Below, one piece after another: positions 47,400-57,302 of a DNA stretch of 64,000 nt. How positions within the stretch are numbered: position 1 is the first letter of the stretch; each line of letters starts with the position of its first letter. Source of the DNA: Pseudomonadota bacterium (lineage in GTDB: Bacteria > Bdellovibrionota > FAC87 > UBA2466). The notes beneath the pieces are model-generated. The model ran no database searches. It had not been told where the DNA came from and was given only the letters and a program-made list of their open reading frames with translations. The position numbers and the translations under genes are program-made. The stretch covers positions 22,253 through 86,252 of the forward strand of contig JAYSWN010000001.1 in the NCBI GenBank assembly GCA_043718025.1, given 5' to 3'.

Positions 47400-47645
47400 T
47401 TAAGTGAGCGGGTTGCCCTTGAGGTTATTCACTACGAAGAGAATACCGGCCAGGAAAAAAAGAACGGCAATCACCAGGTTCAAGCCGTTGCTGAACCACT
47501 GTACGTCTGCCTTAGGGTCTACTTTTCTTCGTGATTTTACCCCGGTTACCGTGCGGTAAATGATCAATGGCCCGGAAATGACCAAAAGAATTCCCAACAA
47601 GATGAGAACGACGTTGCCTGCTTGAATTGGTCCTAATGAGCCCAC
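47400..47645 (-). CDS. Small two-TM membrane protein
   Basis: Two hydrophobic helices separated by a basic loop; fills the gap between neighbours. Confidence 0.6.
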   Translation of the reverse strand: MGSLGPIQAGNVVLILLGILLVISGPLIIYRTVTGVKSRRKVDPKADVQWFSNGLNLVIAVLFFLAGILFVVNNLKGNPLT

Positions 47646-47707
47646 TTGTGCAAGGTAGCTACAGTTGACGCCTTTGTCTAGCGAACCACATGATAAACTA
47701 ACTCGAT

Positions 47708-48856
47708 ATGGGCTCCCGGCCGTTTCTCATCTTTGACACTCATCCCATTCAATACCGTTCGCCACTATTTCGAAAAATTTGTGATCAAGACCCTACGGCG
47801 CGGGTTCTCTTTTTTGGGACCGGCTTTGACGGCGACAAGTGGTGGTTCAAAGAGCGCGGCGCCATCCCCACTCAGACCTGGGAGATGCCGCTAACCGAAG
47901 GGTTTCCCAACGAAACCTTGCCCCTCTCTGGAAAACCGCTGCCCGCTAAATTGCGTTACCTTAGAAAGCTGCTGACCGACGAAAAGCCGCGAGCCATTCT
48001 ACTATTTGGCTATTACCTGGCAGAAAATTGGGTGCTCTGGTTCTACGCCCGCAAAATGGGGATTGCCGTGGTTTTTTTGGGCGAAACCTTCCAAGAAGAC
48101 TTTACTACTCTGCGTACGATCGTAAGCCGTCCGCTTAGACGCCATTTTCTTGCCGGGTTGACGAAGATTGTAACCATCGGTAGCCGCAATCACGCCTATT
48201 ACCGCCGATTAGGGATTTCGGAAGCGGTCTTAGTTTCAGGAAAGTACGCGGTGAATAACGACTTTTTTCTGCTCGAGCCGTCAGCCGCGCTTAGCGCTCG
48301 TCAGCGAATCAGAAAATCGTTAGGAATCGGCGAAAAAGATTTTGTCACTCTGTTCGTCGGCCGTCTTTTCGAACGCAAACGACCGAAAGATATTTTTCAC
48401 GTTCATAAAAAGGTCAACGATCCCAAATACCACACCATCGTGGTGGGAAACGGGCCGCAGCAAGGTTTTATGAATTCCCTGGCCGAAGGCACGCCAAATT
48501 TTCATTTGGTGGGTTTTAAGAACCAGGGCGAGACCCGCGAATTTTATTGTGCGGCCGATGTGCTGTGCGTGCCCTCAGAGTTTGAAACCTGGGGACTGGT
48601 AGTAAATGAAGCGTTCTGCGCCGGGGTTCCGGCGGTGGTCTCTGAAGACTGCGGCGTAGCTGGTGACTTAGTGACTCCGGGTGAAACTGGTTTTGTTTTT
48701 GCCGTGGGTGACACCGATGGGGCCGCCCGCCATATCGCCCAGCTGCGCGATGGAACCTGGGATCTAAAGGCGATGGGCCAAAACGCAAAGGCTCGGGTAC
48801 GCGACCACTTTTCTCTCCAACAGCTGGCGAACGCGGTTTTGAAAGCAAGCCAGTAG
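47708..48856 (+). CDS. Glycosyltransferase family 4
   Basis: THPIQY..PLF, LFVGRL..RKRP, PSEFETWGLVVNEA. Confidence 0.92.
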   Translation: MGSRPFLIFDTHPIQYRSPLFRKICDQDPTARVLFFGTGFDGDKWWFKERGAIPTQTWEMPLTEGFPNETLPLSGKPLPAKLRYLRKLLTDEKPRAILLFGYYLAENWVLWFYARKMGIAVVFLGETFQEDFTTLRTIVSRPLRRHFLAGLTKIVTIGSRNHAYYRRLGISEAVLVSGKYAVNNDFFLLEPSAALSARQRIRKSLGIGEKDFVTLFVGRLFERKRPKDIFHVHKKVNDPKYHTIVVGNGPQQGFMNSLAEGTPNFHLVGFKNQGETREFYCAADVLCVPSEFETWGLVVNEAFCAGVPAVVSEDCGVAGDLVTPGETGFVFAVGDTDGAARHIAQLRDGTWDLKAMGQNAKARVRDHFSLQQLANAVLKASQ

Positions 48857-48886
48857 GCAACGAGGATTCAAACCCTTGCTTGGCGG

Positions 48887-50026
48887 CTAAGCGAGTGGAA
48901 AGTTAATTTTTAGGGTGGCGGCATTAATGTTGGAAATAGTGGTGGTGGCCGAAAGGCGCTCTAAGATCAGGCGAGCCATCGCCAGGTTGAGGCCTAAGTC
49001 TTTGTGGTGGTGAAAGAGATTGCCGCTGACTTCAAGGGGCTCAAAAGCGCCCGCTTCAATCGCGGGCCCCGAACGTTCAATCACCACGCAACCATTTCCA
49101 TTGGCGGTAATGGTGATTTTGACTTCCGAACCGTCGGGCGCTTTTGCAATGGCGTCTGCAAAGAGTCGCCTCAAGGCGTCGCGCAACGGCTCTTTCGCCG
49201 AAAGAATTTGCGGGTGGGCCACGGGTTTAACGCTGAAAGTGATTTTTCGTTTTTCGGTGTCGGTCTTTATTTCGCTCTTTGCGTGAAGGACCTCTTCGAG
49301 CAGGGCCACCGGGGATAGATCCCACTGCGGCTCGGCCTCCAGTTTTACAAAGCTTAGCACTTCGTGAATCACCTCTGAAAAACGCGACGAGGCTTGGTTT
49401 AACTTTTCTACCGCCTTGACCATGTCGGGTTTGAGTTCGCTACGGCTGAGATCAAGCAGCCCGATAAAACTGTTGAGCACGGTCAAAGGTGTTTTCAATT
49501 CGTGACTGATCAGTGAAAAAAAACGGGCCTTGGCGCGATCCACCGACTCGAGCGCCACGAGGTTGCGTTTGAGCTGCTCGTTTTTTTCGGTGAGTTCACG
49601 CCGCATGCGAAAGGCGTCACTCGCCTGGCGAAGCGTAAGTTTGAGATCTTCCGGGTCCCAGGGTTTGGCAACGTAGCGGTAGATGTTGCCGCGGTTTATG
49701 GCGCCGATTACCGAATCAATGTCGGTGTAACCGGTGAGCAAAATGCGCATCGTCTCGGGACAAATCAACTTTGCCTTTTCAAGTAGTTCAACGCCGGTCA
49801 TCTCGGGCATCCGTTGGTCAGAGACCAGGACTTCAAATTTTTCTTTGGTTAACAGCTTCATCGCTTCGAGGGGCGACGTGGTCGTGGTCACATTGAAGTG
49901 TAGACGAAGCAGCCGGTTCAGCGCGTCAAGGTTGTCCTTTTCGTCGTCTACGACCAGCACCCGCACCAGGGCGGGAGGAGCAGACGGGGCAGTCGGTGTC
50001 AGCTTGGACTTATGGTCTTGGCTCAT
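48887..50026 (-). CDS. Hybrid response regulator / histidine kinase with degenerate ATPase domain
   Basis: Receiver VLVVDDE, SDQRMP, LTG, KPW; H-box SHELKTPL; N and G boxes degenerate. Confidence 0.85.
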   Translation of the reverse strand: MSQDHKSKLTPTAPSAPPALVRVLVVDDEKDNLDALNRLLRLHFNVTTTTSPLEAMKLLTKEKFEVLVSDQRMPEMTGVELLEKAKLICPETMRILLTGYTDIDSVIGAINRGNIYRYVAKPWDPEDLKLTLRQASDAFRMRRELTEKNEQLKRNLVALESVDRAKARFFSLISHELKTPLTVLNSFIGLLDLSRSELKPDMVKAVEKLNQASSRFSEVIHEVLSFVKLEAEPQWDLSPVALLEEVLHAKSEIKTDTEKRKITFSVKPVAHPQILSAKEPLRDALRRLFADAIAKAPDGSEVKITITANGNGCVVIERSGPAIEAGAFEPLEVSGNLFHHHKDLGLNLAMARLILERLSATTTISNINAATLKINFPLA

Positions 50027-50135
50027 AGAGTGTTCTGGCGTTGTTTTGAATTAAAATTTGAATGCTTTTTGACGGCTAAGGAGAATGATATGCCCATCGC
50101 CGTAGCCTTTCAACCGATCGCGTGGAGTGTAGAAA

Positions 50136-52055
50136 ATGGAAAGCAGCCTAAAAGAGACGCGCACTTTCAGGCCGGCGCCCGAGTTTCAAAAACAGGCTAA
50201 TTGGGGAGACTCCCAACACTACGAGCGGGTGTGGCAGGCCTCGCAAAAAGATCCGGTCGCTTTTTGGGAAGGGGCCGCTCGTTCGCTCCATTGGCACAGC
50301 CCGTGGAAACAACCCTTCGACGGCAAGTTCCCTTGGGTAAAGTGGTTTGTTGGCGGCAAACTAAACGTCTCTTTCAACTGCCTCGATCGCCACCTGCCCA
50401 GCTTACGCGACAAACCCGCCATTATCTGGGAAGGGGAAGACGGTTCCAGCGAAACCTGGACGTTTCAAAAAGTTTACGCCGAGACTTGTCGCTTAGCTAA
50501 CGCCATGGAGCAGATGGGGCTTAAAGCCGGGGATACGGCGGCGATCTACATGCCACAAACTCCGCAGGCCGCGGTGGCGATGCTGGCCTGTGCCCGCATC
50601 GGCGTGACCCACAGTATTGTGTTCGGTGGCTTCAGCGCCCACGCTCTGCGTGACCGGATTGTGGATGCCGGGTGCCGAATCGTTTTTACGGCCGACGTGG
50701 GTTACCGCAAAGGCGAAAAAATTGCGTTGGGTGATATCGTTGCCAACGCAACGCTCGATCTGCCGATGGTCGAAAAGATCGTGGTGATGAAACGTGAGCC
50801 GAATGCCAAGTTGATGCCGCGCGCTCAGTGGTGGACCGATTTTGTTGCGGGGCAAGCGCCCACCCACGAAGCCAAACCGTTTGATGCGGAACACCCGTTG
50901 TTTATTTTGTACACGAGCGGCACCACGGGAAAACCAAAAGGAATTGTTCACACCTCGGGCGGCTACTTGGTTGGCGCGGTGACCACCGCCAGCGCCATTC
51001 TCGACCTTAAAAAAGACGACATCTACTGGTGTACCGCTGACGTGGGCTGGATAACTGGGCATAGTTATGTCGTCTACGGCATTCTGGCCAGTGGCGTTAC
51101 CACCGTAATGTATGAAGGCTCGCCGGTGCACCCTCACGCCGGTCGTTTTTGGGAGTTGATCGAAAAACATAGGGTGAGCATTCTCTACACCGCTCCCACC
51201 GCCATTCGGGCTTTCATGCGTTTGGGCGATGAAGTGCCAGCCAAATATCCGATGATCAGTCTGCGTCTTTTAGGATCGGTGGGCGAACCGATAAATCCTG
51301 AAGCTTGGATTTGGTACTCTGAAAAAATTGGTAAAGGGCGGTGCCCTATCGTCGACACCTGGTGGCAAACCGAAACCGGCGCCATGATGATTGCCCCGCT
51401 ACCGGGCGTGACCGTATGTAAACCTGGTTCGGCGACTCGTCCCTTTTTTGGGATTCAGGCCGAGATCGTTGATGAGTTGGGCCGGCCGGTGGGGCCCAAT
51501 AAGGGTGGCTTGCTGGTGGTAAAGCACTCATGGCCAAGCATGGCGCGTACGATCCATGGCGACCCCGACCGTTTTGTGGAACAGTACTTCAGCAAGTTTC
51601 CCGGCATGTATTTTACCGGCGACGGTGCGCAAAAAGACGAGAACGGCTACTTCTGGATCATGGGTCGAATTGACGACGTGATCAACGTATCGGGTCACCG
51701 TCTCGGAACTATGGAAATTGAAAGTGCGCTGGTTTCGCATCCGGCCGTGGCCGAAGCAGCCGTAGTGGGACGCCCCGACGATCTTAAGGGGCAAGCCATT
51801 GTTGCGTATGTCACTCCCAAAGACTCTGCAGCCAATACCGATCTCAAGATTTTAAAAGAAATTTTAAAGAAGCATGTGGTTGCGGAAATTGGATCTCTAG
51901 CCCGACCAGAAGAGATCTTTTTCACAAAAACGCTTCCAAAAACTAGAAGCGGAAAGATCATGCGACGCTTGCTGAAAGATCTGGCGGCCGGAAAGGCCGC
52001 AACCGGTGACACGACTACGCTTGAAAATCCAGGTCTGGTTGAGCTGCTAGCGTAG
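50136..52055 (+). CDS. acs: Acetyl-CoA synthetase
   Basis: YTSGTTGKPKG, WCTADVGWITGHSY, DTWWQTETG, PKTRSGKIMRR. Confidence 0.96.
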   Translation: MESSLKETRTFRPAPEFQKQANWGDSQHYERVWQASQKDPVAFWEGAARSLHWHSPWKQPFDGKFPWVKWFVGGKLNVSFNCLDRHLPSLRDKPAIIWEGEDGSSETWTFQKVYAETCRLANAMEQMGLKAGDTAAIYMPQTPQAAVAMLACARIGVTHSIVFGGFSAHALRDRIVDAGCRIVFTADVGYRKGEKIALGDIVANATLDLPMVEKIVVMKREPNAKLMPRAQWWTDFVAGQAPTHEAKPFDAEHPLFILYTSGTTGKPKGIVHTSGGYLVGAVTTASAILDLKKDDIYWCTADVGWITGHSYVVYGILASGVTTVMYEGSPVHPHAGRFWELIEKHRVSILYTAPTAIRAFMRLGDEVPAKYPMISLRLLGSVGEPINPEAWIWYSEKIGKGRCPIVDTWWQTETGAMMIAPLPGVTVCKPGSATRPFFGIQAEIVDELGRPVGPNKGGLLVVKHSWPSMARTIHGDPDRFVEQYFSKFPGMYFTGDGAQKDENGYFWIMGRIDDVINVSGHRLGTMEIESALVSHPAVAEAAVVGRPDDLKGQAIVAYVTPKDSAANTDLKILKEILKKHVVAEIGSLARPEEIFFTKTLPKTRSGKIMRRLLKDLAAGKAATGDTTTLENPGLVELLA

Positions 52056-52090
52056 GGGCTGCCGCTGCAATGCAAAAACCGGTTTTATAC

Positions 52091-53335
52091 TTAGGTTTTT
52101 AATTCAATTCGATTCGCAAGCCACAGGCTTAGGATGGTGAACCCACAAGCGATGAGCCCCACCAGCCCGAAATTGAGCATCGGTCCGTTATCTTTTTGCA
52201 CCAGAAACAGACCGGCTAACGCGGCCGCGGCCCCCGCCGCCGCCTGTTGTACCGAAGCGTTCACGCTCATGAAGCCACCGCGGTGAGCGGCCGTTGTGCA
52301 GCCGGTGATAAGGGCCATCGCCGGAACGAATCTGCCCGATACCAGCACCATGAAAAGCGTCGTGCACGAGAGCGCCAGCCAGAGGGGAGCTGGTTTTAGA
52401 TTGGTCACGAGTAAAATCGGAACCAACGAGGCCATCGCCACCAAATAAAAAACCCGATGCTTGCCAAACCGATCGGCAAGTCGCCCGATAATTTGTGAGG
52501 TGAAGAAAGTGGCGCCGCCGCCGCAAAGGTAAATCAAGGGCAGCTGATCCTCTCTCAGGCCAATGTTGGCCACCATGTAGGCACTCAAAAACGGAATGAC
52601 GGAGAAGCCACTGAGCATAATGGCGGTGGTAAGGCAAAAAGCCTTAATGTGATTGGGCTCCGAAACCACTTCTTTGATTTGAATCCAGGGGTCAGGGCGT
52701 TGGTGCTCTTTAGTGAGATGCAGGCGCAGCGGCGGCATGATTCTCATTCCCAGCAGCAATAGCAATACGCCCATTGCGGCCAAGCCCAAAAAGGGGGCGT
52801 GCCAACTAAACTTGGTGGCGAAATACAAACCGACGGGTACGCCAATCACCGAGGCAACGCTAAAAGCCGCCAATACGATGCCCATCGCTTTCCCTCGCCG
52901 AGTCGATGGAATGGCGTCGCCAACGATAGCCATCACCAGCCCCCCGGCTACGCCGCCGAAGGCACCGGCCACGATGCGCGCTCCGACCAACAGCGGATAG
53001 GTTGGCGCCAGGGCGCAAAGAAAAGTGCCAACGATAAAACCGGCGTACAGGAAGAGTAGGGCGCGTTTGCGATCAAAACGATCGATGAATAGTGAACTGA
53101 TCAATCCAGAAAGCGCGGCGGCAAAAGTGTAGCTCGAAACCATTACCGAGAACTGTTGGGTATTGATGTGGAAGACCCGAAAAAACTGGGGGCCGAGCGG
53201 CATCATGATCACAAAGTCCATGATGTGGGTAAAATTAACGCAAGCTAAGAAGGCGATGAGAAGAATTTCATCTTTCTTAGTCAAATAAGGCTTGGGTTCT
53301 AAAAATTCTGGCTCGAGTTTTTCTGCAGTCGGCAT
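52091..53335 (-). CDS. MFS transporter
   Basis: About 12 TM helices; DRFDRK and GRLADRFGK motif A copies. Confidence 0.92.
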   Translation of the reverse strand: MPTAEKLEPEFLEPKPYLTKKDEILLIAFLACVNFTHIMDFVIMMPLGPQFFRVFHINTQQFSVMVSSYTFAAALSGLISSLFIDRFDRKRALLFLYAGFIVGTFLCALAPTYPLLVGARIVAGAFGGVAGGLVMAIVGDAIPSTRRGKAMGIVLAAFSVASVIGVPVGLYFATKFSWHAPFLGLAAMGVLLLLLGMRIMPPLRLHLTKEHQRPDPWIQIKEVVSEPNHIKAFCLTTAIMLSGFSVIPFLSAYMVANIGLREDQLPLIYLCGGGATFFTSQIIGRLADRFGKHRVFYLVAMASLVPILLVTNLKPAPLWLALSCTTLFMVLVSGRFVPAMALITGCTTAAHRGGFMSVNASVQQAAAGAAAALAGLFLVQKDNGPMLNFGLVGLIACGFTILSLWLANRIELKT

Positions 53336-53389
53336 TAGATGGCTAGTCTAACTCGTTGCAAGGCCATTTACACTTAAGTTCACCGCGGC

Positions 53390-54568
53390 TTAGAGCGTGG
53401 CCAAATAACGGCGAAGTTTTTCGATGGCCTCTTTAATGGCGGCGTTACTAACGGTTAGCGACAGACGGAAAAAACCCTCGCCGTGTTCACCAAAACCGAT
53501 TCCGGGAGTGACTACCAGCCCCTCGGCGGCAATCAATTCTTTAGTGAAAGCCATCGAAGACATCTCTTTGGGCACTTTGGCCCAGACAAAGAAAGTGGCT
53601 TCCGGTTTGAAGTATTCAATTCCTAAATCACGTAGTCCGGCTAACGCCAGCTCGCGTCGCTCACGATAAATTTCACGCAGCGGCGTGACTAACGCATTAT
53701 GATTTTTTAACGCAAAAATTCCTGCCTCTTGCACCGCTAGCAGCGGGCCAGAGTCGATATTCGTCTTTACGCGCGCTAGCCCTGCAATGAGCGACGGATT
53801 ACCAACGGCAAACCCAAGGCGCCAGCCAGTCATGTTGAAAGTTTTTGAAAAGGAGTGAAACTCAATACCAATGTCTTTTGCCCCCGGAATTTCCATAAGG
53901 CTCAACGGGGGCGTGTCGAAATACATTTCACTGTAGGCGTTGTCGTAGCCCAAAATCACGTTGTGTCGTTTAGCCAACGCCACCACTTCCATTAAGAGAT
54001 CGCGCGAACAGGTGGCCGAAGTGGGATTCGATGGAAAATTAAGCAGTAAGTATTTGGGCTGGTGCTGAATCATCAGCCGCTCCAGCTCTTTTACGTCGGG
54101 TAAAAAACCGTTTTGGGCGCGCAACGGTACCGGCACGGCAATCGCCCCCGCCAATTGAATCGAAGTCGAGAAAATGGGATAGCCGGGCGAGGGAACTAAA
54201 CAACGGTCGCCGGGGTTGCAAAACGCTAACGGGAAGTGAGCCAGCCCTTCTTTTGAACCGATGAGCGCCAAAACTTCACTTTCGGGATTGAGCGTCGCGC
54301 CAAAACGGCCCTGAAACCATTCGGCGACGGCTTTGCGAAAAGCCAACGTACCCTCGTAAGGAGAATAGGCGTGGTTTTCTGCTTTTAAGCTCGCCTGATG
54401 TAAGGCATCTAAAATCGGCTGCGGGGTGGGAAGATCGGGGTCGCCAATCGCCAAGCTCAAAAGTTGAACCCCTTTTTTCTGGGCCTCGGCCTTTATGGCG
54501 TTAATTTCGCTGAAGATATAGGGCGGAAGGCCTAACAATCGATCGGACTGACGAAACGAGACAATCAT
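53390..54568 (-). CDS. dapL: LL-diaminopimelate aminotransferase (class I/II PLP)
   Basis: LPPYIF, IGDPD, LIGSKEGLAH, DNAYSE, EFHSFSKTFNMTGWRLG, KTNIDSG; last gene of the dap cluster. Confidence 0.85.
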   Translation of the reverse strand: MIVSFRQSDRLLGLPPYIFSEINAIKAEAQKKGVQLLSLAIGDPDLPTPQPILDALHQASLKAENHAYSPYEGTLAFRKAVAEWFQGRFGATLNPESEVLALIGSKEGLAHFPLAFCNPGDRCLVPSPGYPIFSTSIQLAGAIAVPVPLRAQNGFLPDVKELERLMIQHQPKYLLLNFPSNPTSATCSRDLLMEVVALAKRHNVILGYDNAYSEMYFDTPPLSLMEIPGAKDIGIEFHSFSKTFNMTGWRLGFAVGNPSLIAGLARVKTNIDSGPLLAVQEAGIFALKNHNALVTPLREIYRERRELALAGLRDLGIEYFKPEATFFVWAKVPKEMSSMAFTKELIAAEGLVVTPGIGFGEHGEGFFRLSLTVSNAAIKEAIEKLRRYLATL

Positions 54569-54602
54569 AAAACTCTACCTCTTTGAGCGGCGCAATAAAG
54601 TA

Positions 54603-55310
54603 TCAAACAGTTAAATCATCAAGCGAAAATAAGCCAGGCTGTTTGCGCTTTACCAGGGCCAGTGCCGCTTGCAAGGCGCCTTTGGCGAAGACGCTGCGAT
54701 TCCACACCCGGTGTTCGATGCGCAGCTCTTCCTCTTCACCCACGAAGCGTACGCAGTGGTCGCCAGGAATCCCGCCGGCGCGGACGGCGTGAACCTGCGG
54801 CTCTCGCCCCGTCTGTTTCTTTAAAATGGCGATGAGCGCGTTGGTTGAACCACCGGGCAAATCTACTTTTTTAGCGTGGTGGCTCTCTTCGATCACCACG
54901 TCGAAACCTTGGGGCACGCCAGCGTTAAGGTACTTCCGCAACCAAGCCATGCCCGGGCTCATGTTGGGAGCAAGGCAAACTCCGTAATTTTTAGCAAAGG
55001 CGGCGACGGTTGCATTTTGCTCGGGGGAAAAACCGGTGGTTCCAATGACGATGGGTGATTTGGCCTCTTTCAATAACGCCATCGTGCCTTGGGGCCGACT
55101 AAAATCGATCCACACGTGAAGGGGTTCACGGGGCGCATCCGCCGGGGTGCGCACCTCAATAGCTTCTAAAGTTTCAATCGAGCCCGTAGCGGAAACGGCA
55201 TCGACAAGTTCTAGCTGATCGCTGCCAATCGTAAAACCATCTCGTAGCAGGTAAGCAATCTCTTGCCCCATTCTTCCGGACGCGCCCCACAGGCCAACTT
55301 TATAGATCAT
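54603..55310 (-). CDS. dapB: 4-hydroxy-tetrahydrodipicolinate reductase
   Basis: GASGRMG, IDFSRP, IGTTGF, APNMS, ESHHAKKVDLP, RAGGIPGDH. Confidence 0.93.
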   Translation of the reverse strand: MIYKVGLWGASGRMGQEIAYLLRDGFTIGSDQLELVDAVSATGSIETLEAIEVRTPADAPREPLHVWIDFSRPQGTMALLKEAKSPIVIGTTGFSPEQNATVAAFAKNYGVCLAPNMSPGMAWLRKYLNAGVPQGFDVVIEESHHAKKVDLPGGSTNALIAILKKQTGREPQVHAVRAGGIPGDHCVRFVGEEEELRIEHRVWNRSVFAKGALQAALALVKRKQPGLFSLDDLTV

Positions 55311-56194
55311 GGCATCGCCTCGATCGCCTTTAAGGCTTCGCGAATCGTTTTTTCGGTGGCGGCGGCAACGGGCACGAGCGGCAGCCGCAGACTGCCATCG
55401 CCAAACCCCATCAGGGCCAACGCCATTTTAATCGGCGCCGGGCTGGTCTCTTTGAACAGGGCAGTCACCAGTGGAACAATCTTTTTTTGAAGCTCAAAAC
55501 CTTGCGCCCAATTATTTTCTGCAAAAGACTTATAAATGGCGACGAAGGCTTTGGGCGCCACGTTGGCGGATGCCGAAATGATCCCCACTCCACCCAGCGC
55601 CAGAATCGGAGCCATCGCATCGTCATCGCCGGCCATTAACGCTTTGGTGGCGAAATGTTTTTGGGTAGAAACGCTGAGCCATTGCCCAAAAATTCCGCTG
55701 GCCTCTTTAATGCCGATAACGTTAGGAAGCGACAATACGTCGCTTATCAACTCCGGCGACATGAAAACATTGGTGCGACCAGGTATGTGATAGGCAACGA
55801 TCGGCAAAGGGGATCGTTCGGCGATAAAGCGGTAATGCGCCAGTACGCCGGCGGCGGTGGGGCGATTGTAATACGGGGTAACTACCAGTGCGGCATCACT
55901 ACCAAGGGTGGCCGCGCTTTCGGCATAGCCAAGCACCACGCGGGTGTCATTGCTCCCGCATCCGGCAATTACTTTTAAGTTTTTTGGTTTGGAAAACTCA
56001 ACCGTGGTCTGGATAAGCCAGTCCCGTTCTTCGCGGTTTAAAGAAGCGCTTTCGCCGGTGGTGCCGCAAGGAACAAACCCCTGCACACCGCTGTCCGCGA
56101 GCCAGTTTAGGTGGCGACGGTAAGACTCAACGTCAATCGCTTCGCCGGCGAGGAAGGGCGTAAAATTTGCTACAAAGACGCCAGAAAGTTTCAT
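55307..56194 (-). CDS. dapA: 4-hydroxy-tetrahydrodipicolinate synthase
   Basis: CGTTGES, VTPYYN, IPGRT, GIKEASG. Confidence 0.95.
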   Translation of the reverse strand: MKLSGVFVANFTPFLAGEAIDVESYRRHLNWLADSGVQGFVPCGTTGESASLNREERDWLIQTTVEFSKPKNLKVIAGCGSNDTRVVLGYAESAATLGSDAALVVTPYYNRPTAAGVLAHYRFIAERSPLPIVAYHIPGRTNVFMSPELISDVLSLPNVIGIKEASGIFGQWLSVSTQKHFATKALMAGDDDAMAPILALGGVGIISASANVAPKAFVAIYKSFAENNWAQGFELQKKIVPLVTALFKETSPAPIKMALALMGFGDGSLRLPLVPVAAATEKTIREALKAIEAMP

Positions 56195-57060
56195 CCTTTA
56201 CCTCTTTTACTACCGAATAGGGCTGGTTCGATAAATGTGGCACTAGGTGATTCCACTTCGCCTTCGAACACTACGTGAGATTCGCCGCGGAGTAGCACTA
56301 TTTTTGAGATTGGGCTTACGTCGACCACTAAATCGCCCCCCGGAACCGCCACTTCGATGGGAAAGTCTTGCATGTACAGTTCAGAAAACACAATGGCGGC
56401 GGCGGTGGCGCCGGTGCCGCAGGCAAAGGTCTGCTCTTCGACACCCCGCTCAAATGTGGTCGACATGATTTTGTTAACGGTCAGTCGTTGAAAGAAGGTG
56501 ATGTTACTGCCTTCGGGCATGAAGGCGGCGTGATTTACCAGCAGCCGGCCAACGCTTGAAACGGGATAGGAGAGCAAATCTTTTACTTCGATCACGGCAT
56601 GCGGAACGCCGGTATTAATGCAAACGGTCTGAAAAATATTTTTGTCGGTGGAGACGATCTTTTCTTCGTAGCTAAAACCTTCGGGGCTCATAGAAAACAT
56701 GGTGATTTCGGACTGGCCGTTAGGCAGCAGCTTTCCTTTTTTGATGCCGGCCAGAGTTTCTAAAGAAATCACCGTGCCAACCGTTGAGTGGCGCTCGGTC
56801 ACAAAACGGATCACGCAGCGGGCGGCATTGCCGCACATTTCGGCGCTGCTACCGTCAGAGTTATAAAAATCCCAGGCAACGTCGGCTCCGACCTCACTCT
56901 TTCTCAGCAGAACGAGGCCATCGGCGCCGACCCCGAAGTGGCGGCTACAAATCTCTTGCACCTCATTCTTGGTGAGCTTGGGAAGGGAACCCTGGTGAAG
57001 GTTATCCACGATAACGAAGTCATTTCCACAACCATGCATTTTGGTGATGGTCATTCTCAT
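56191..57060 (-). CDS. dapF: Diaminopimelate epimerase
   Basis: KMHGCGNDF, GVGADG, EMCGNAARC, TGVPH, ERGV..TFACGTG. Confidence 0.96.
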   Translation of the reverse strand: MRMTITKMHGCGNDFVIVDNLHQGSLPKLTKNEVQEICSRHFGVGADGLVLLRKSEVGADVAWDFYNSDGSSAEMCGNAARCVIRFVTERHSTVGTVISLETLAGIKKGKLLPNGQSEITMFSMSPEGFSYEEKIVSTDKNIFQTVCINTGVPHAVIEVKDLLSYPVSSVGRLLVNHAAFMPEGSNITFFQRLTVNKIMSTTFERGVEEQTFACGTGATAAAIVFSELYMQDFPIEVAVPGGDLVVDVSPISKIVLLRGESHVVFEGEVESPSATFIEPALFGSKRGKG

Positions 57061-57302
57061 GGGCGTCTTTTCCTTTGTGATCTCTTTTTCTTAGGCGGAG
57101 CCGATTCAGCCGCGGCGGCCGTTTTAGCGGCCTCGGCCTGGGCTTCCGCTTTTAGTCTCTGGGCCTCCGCCGCCTTGGCCACTTCTGCCTGTCTTTCGGC
57201 CGCCTGCCAATCGTCGTACGCTACGATATCGGTCTTGACGCCGCAGGCGCTTAAACTCGAAAGCAGAATACTAAACGCAAGCTTAAGCGTGCCTAGCTTC
57301 AT
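57057..57302 (-). CDS. Small lipoprotein, LptM/LppL(YifL)-like
   Basis: Lipobox LSAC followed by GVK (CGxK); Ala-rich and basic tail; directly upstream of dapF with overlapping start/stop on both sides. Confidence 0.6.
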   Translation of the reverse strand: MKLGTLKLAFSILLSSLSACGVKTDIVAYDDWQAAERQAEVAKAAEAQRLKAEAQAEAAKTAAAAESAPPKKKRSQRKRRP

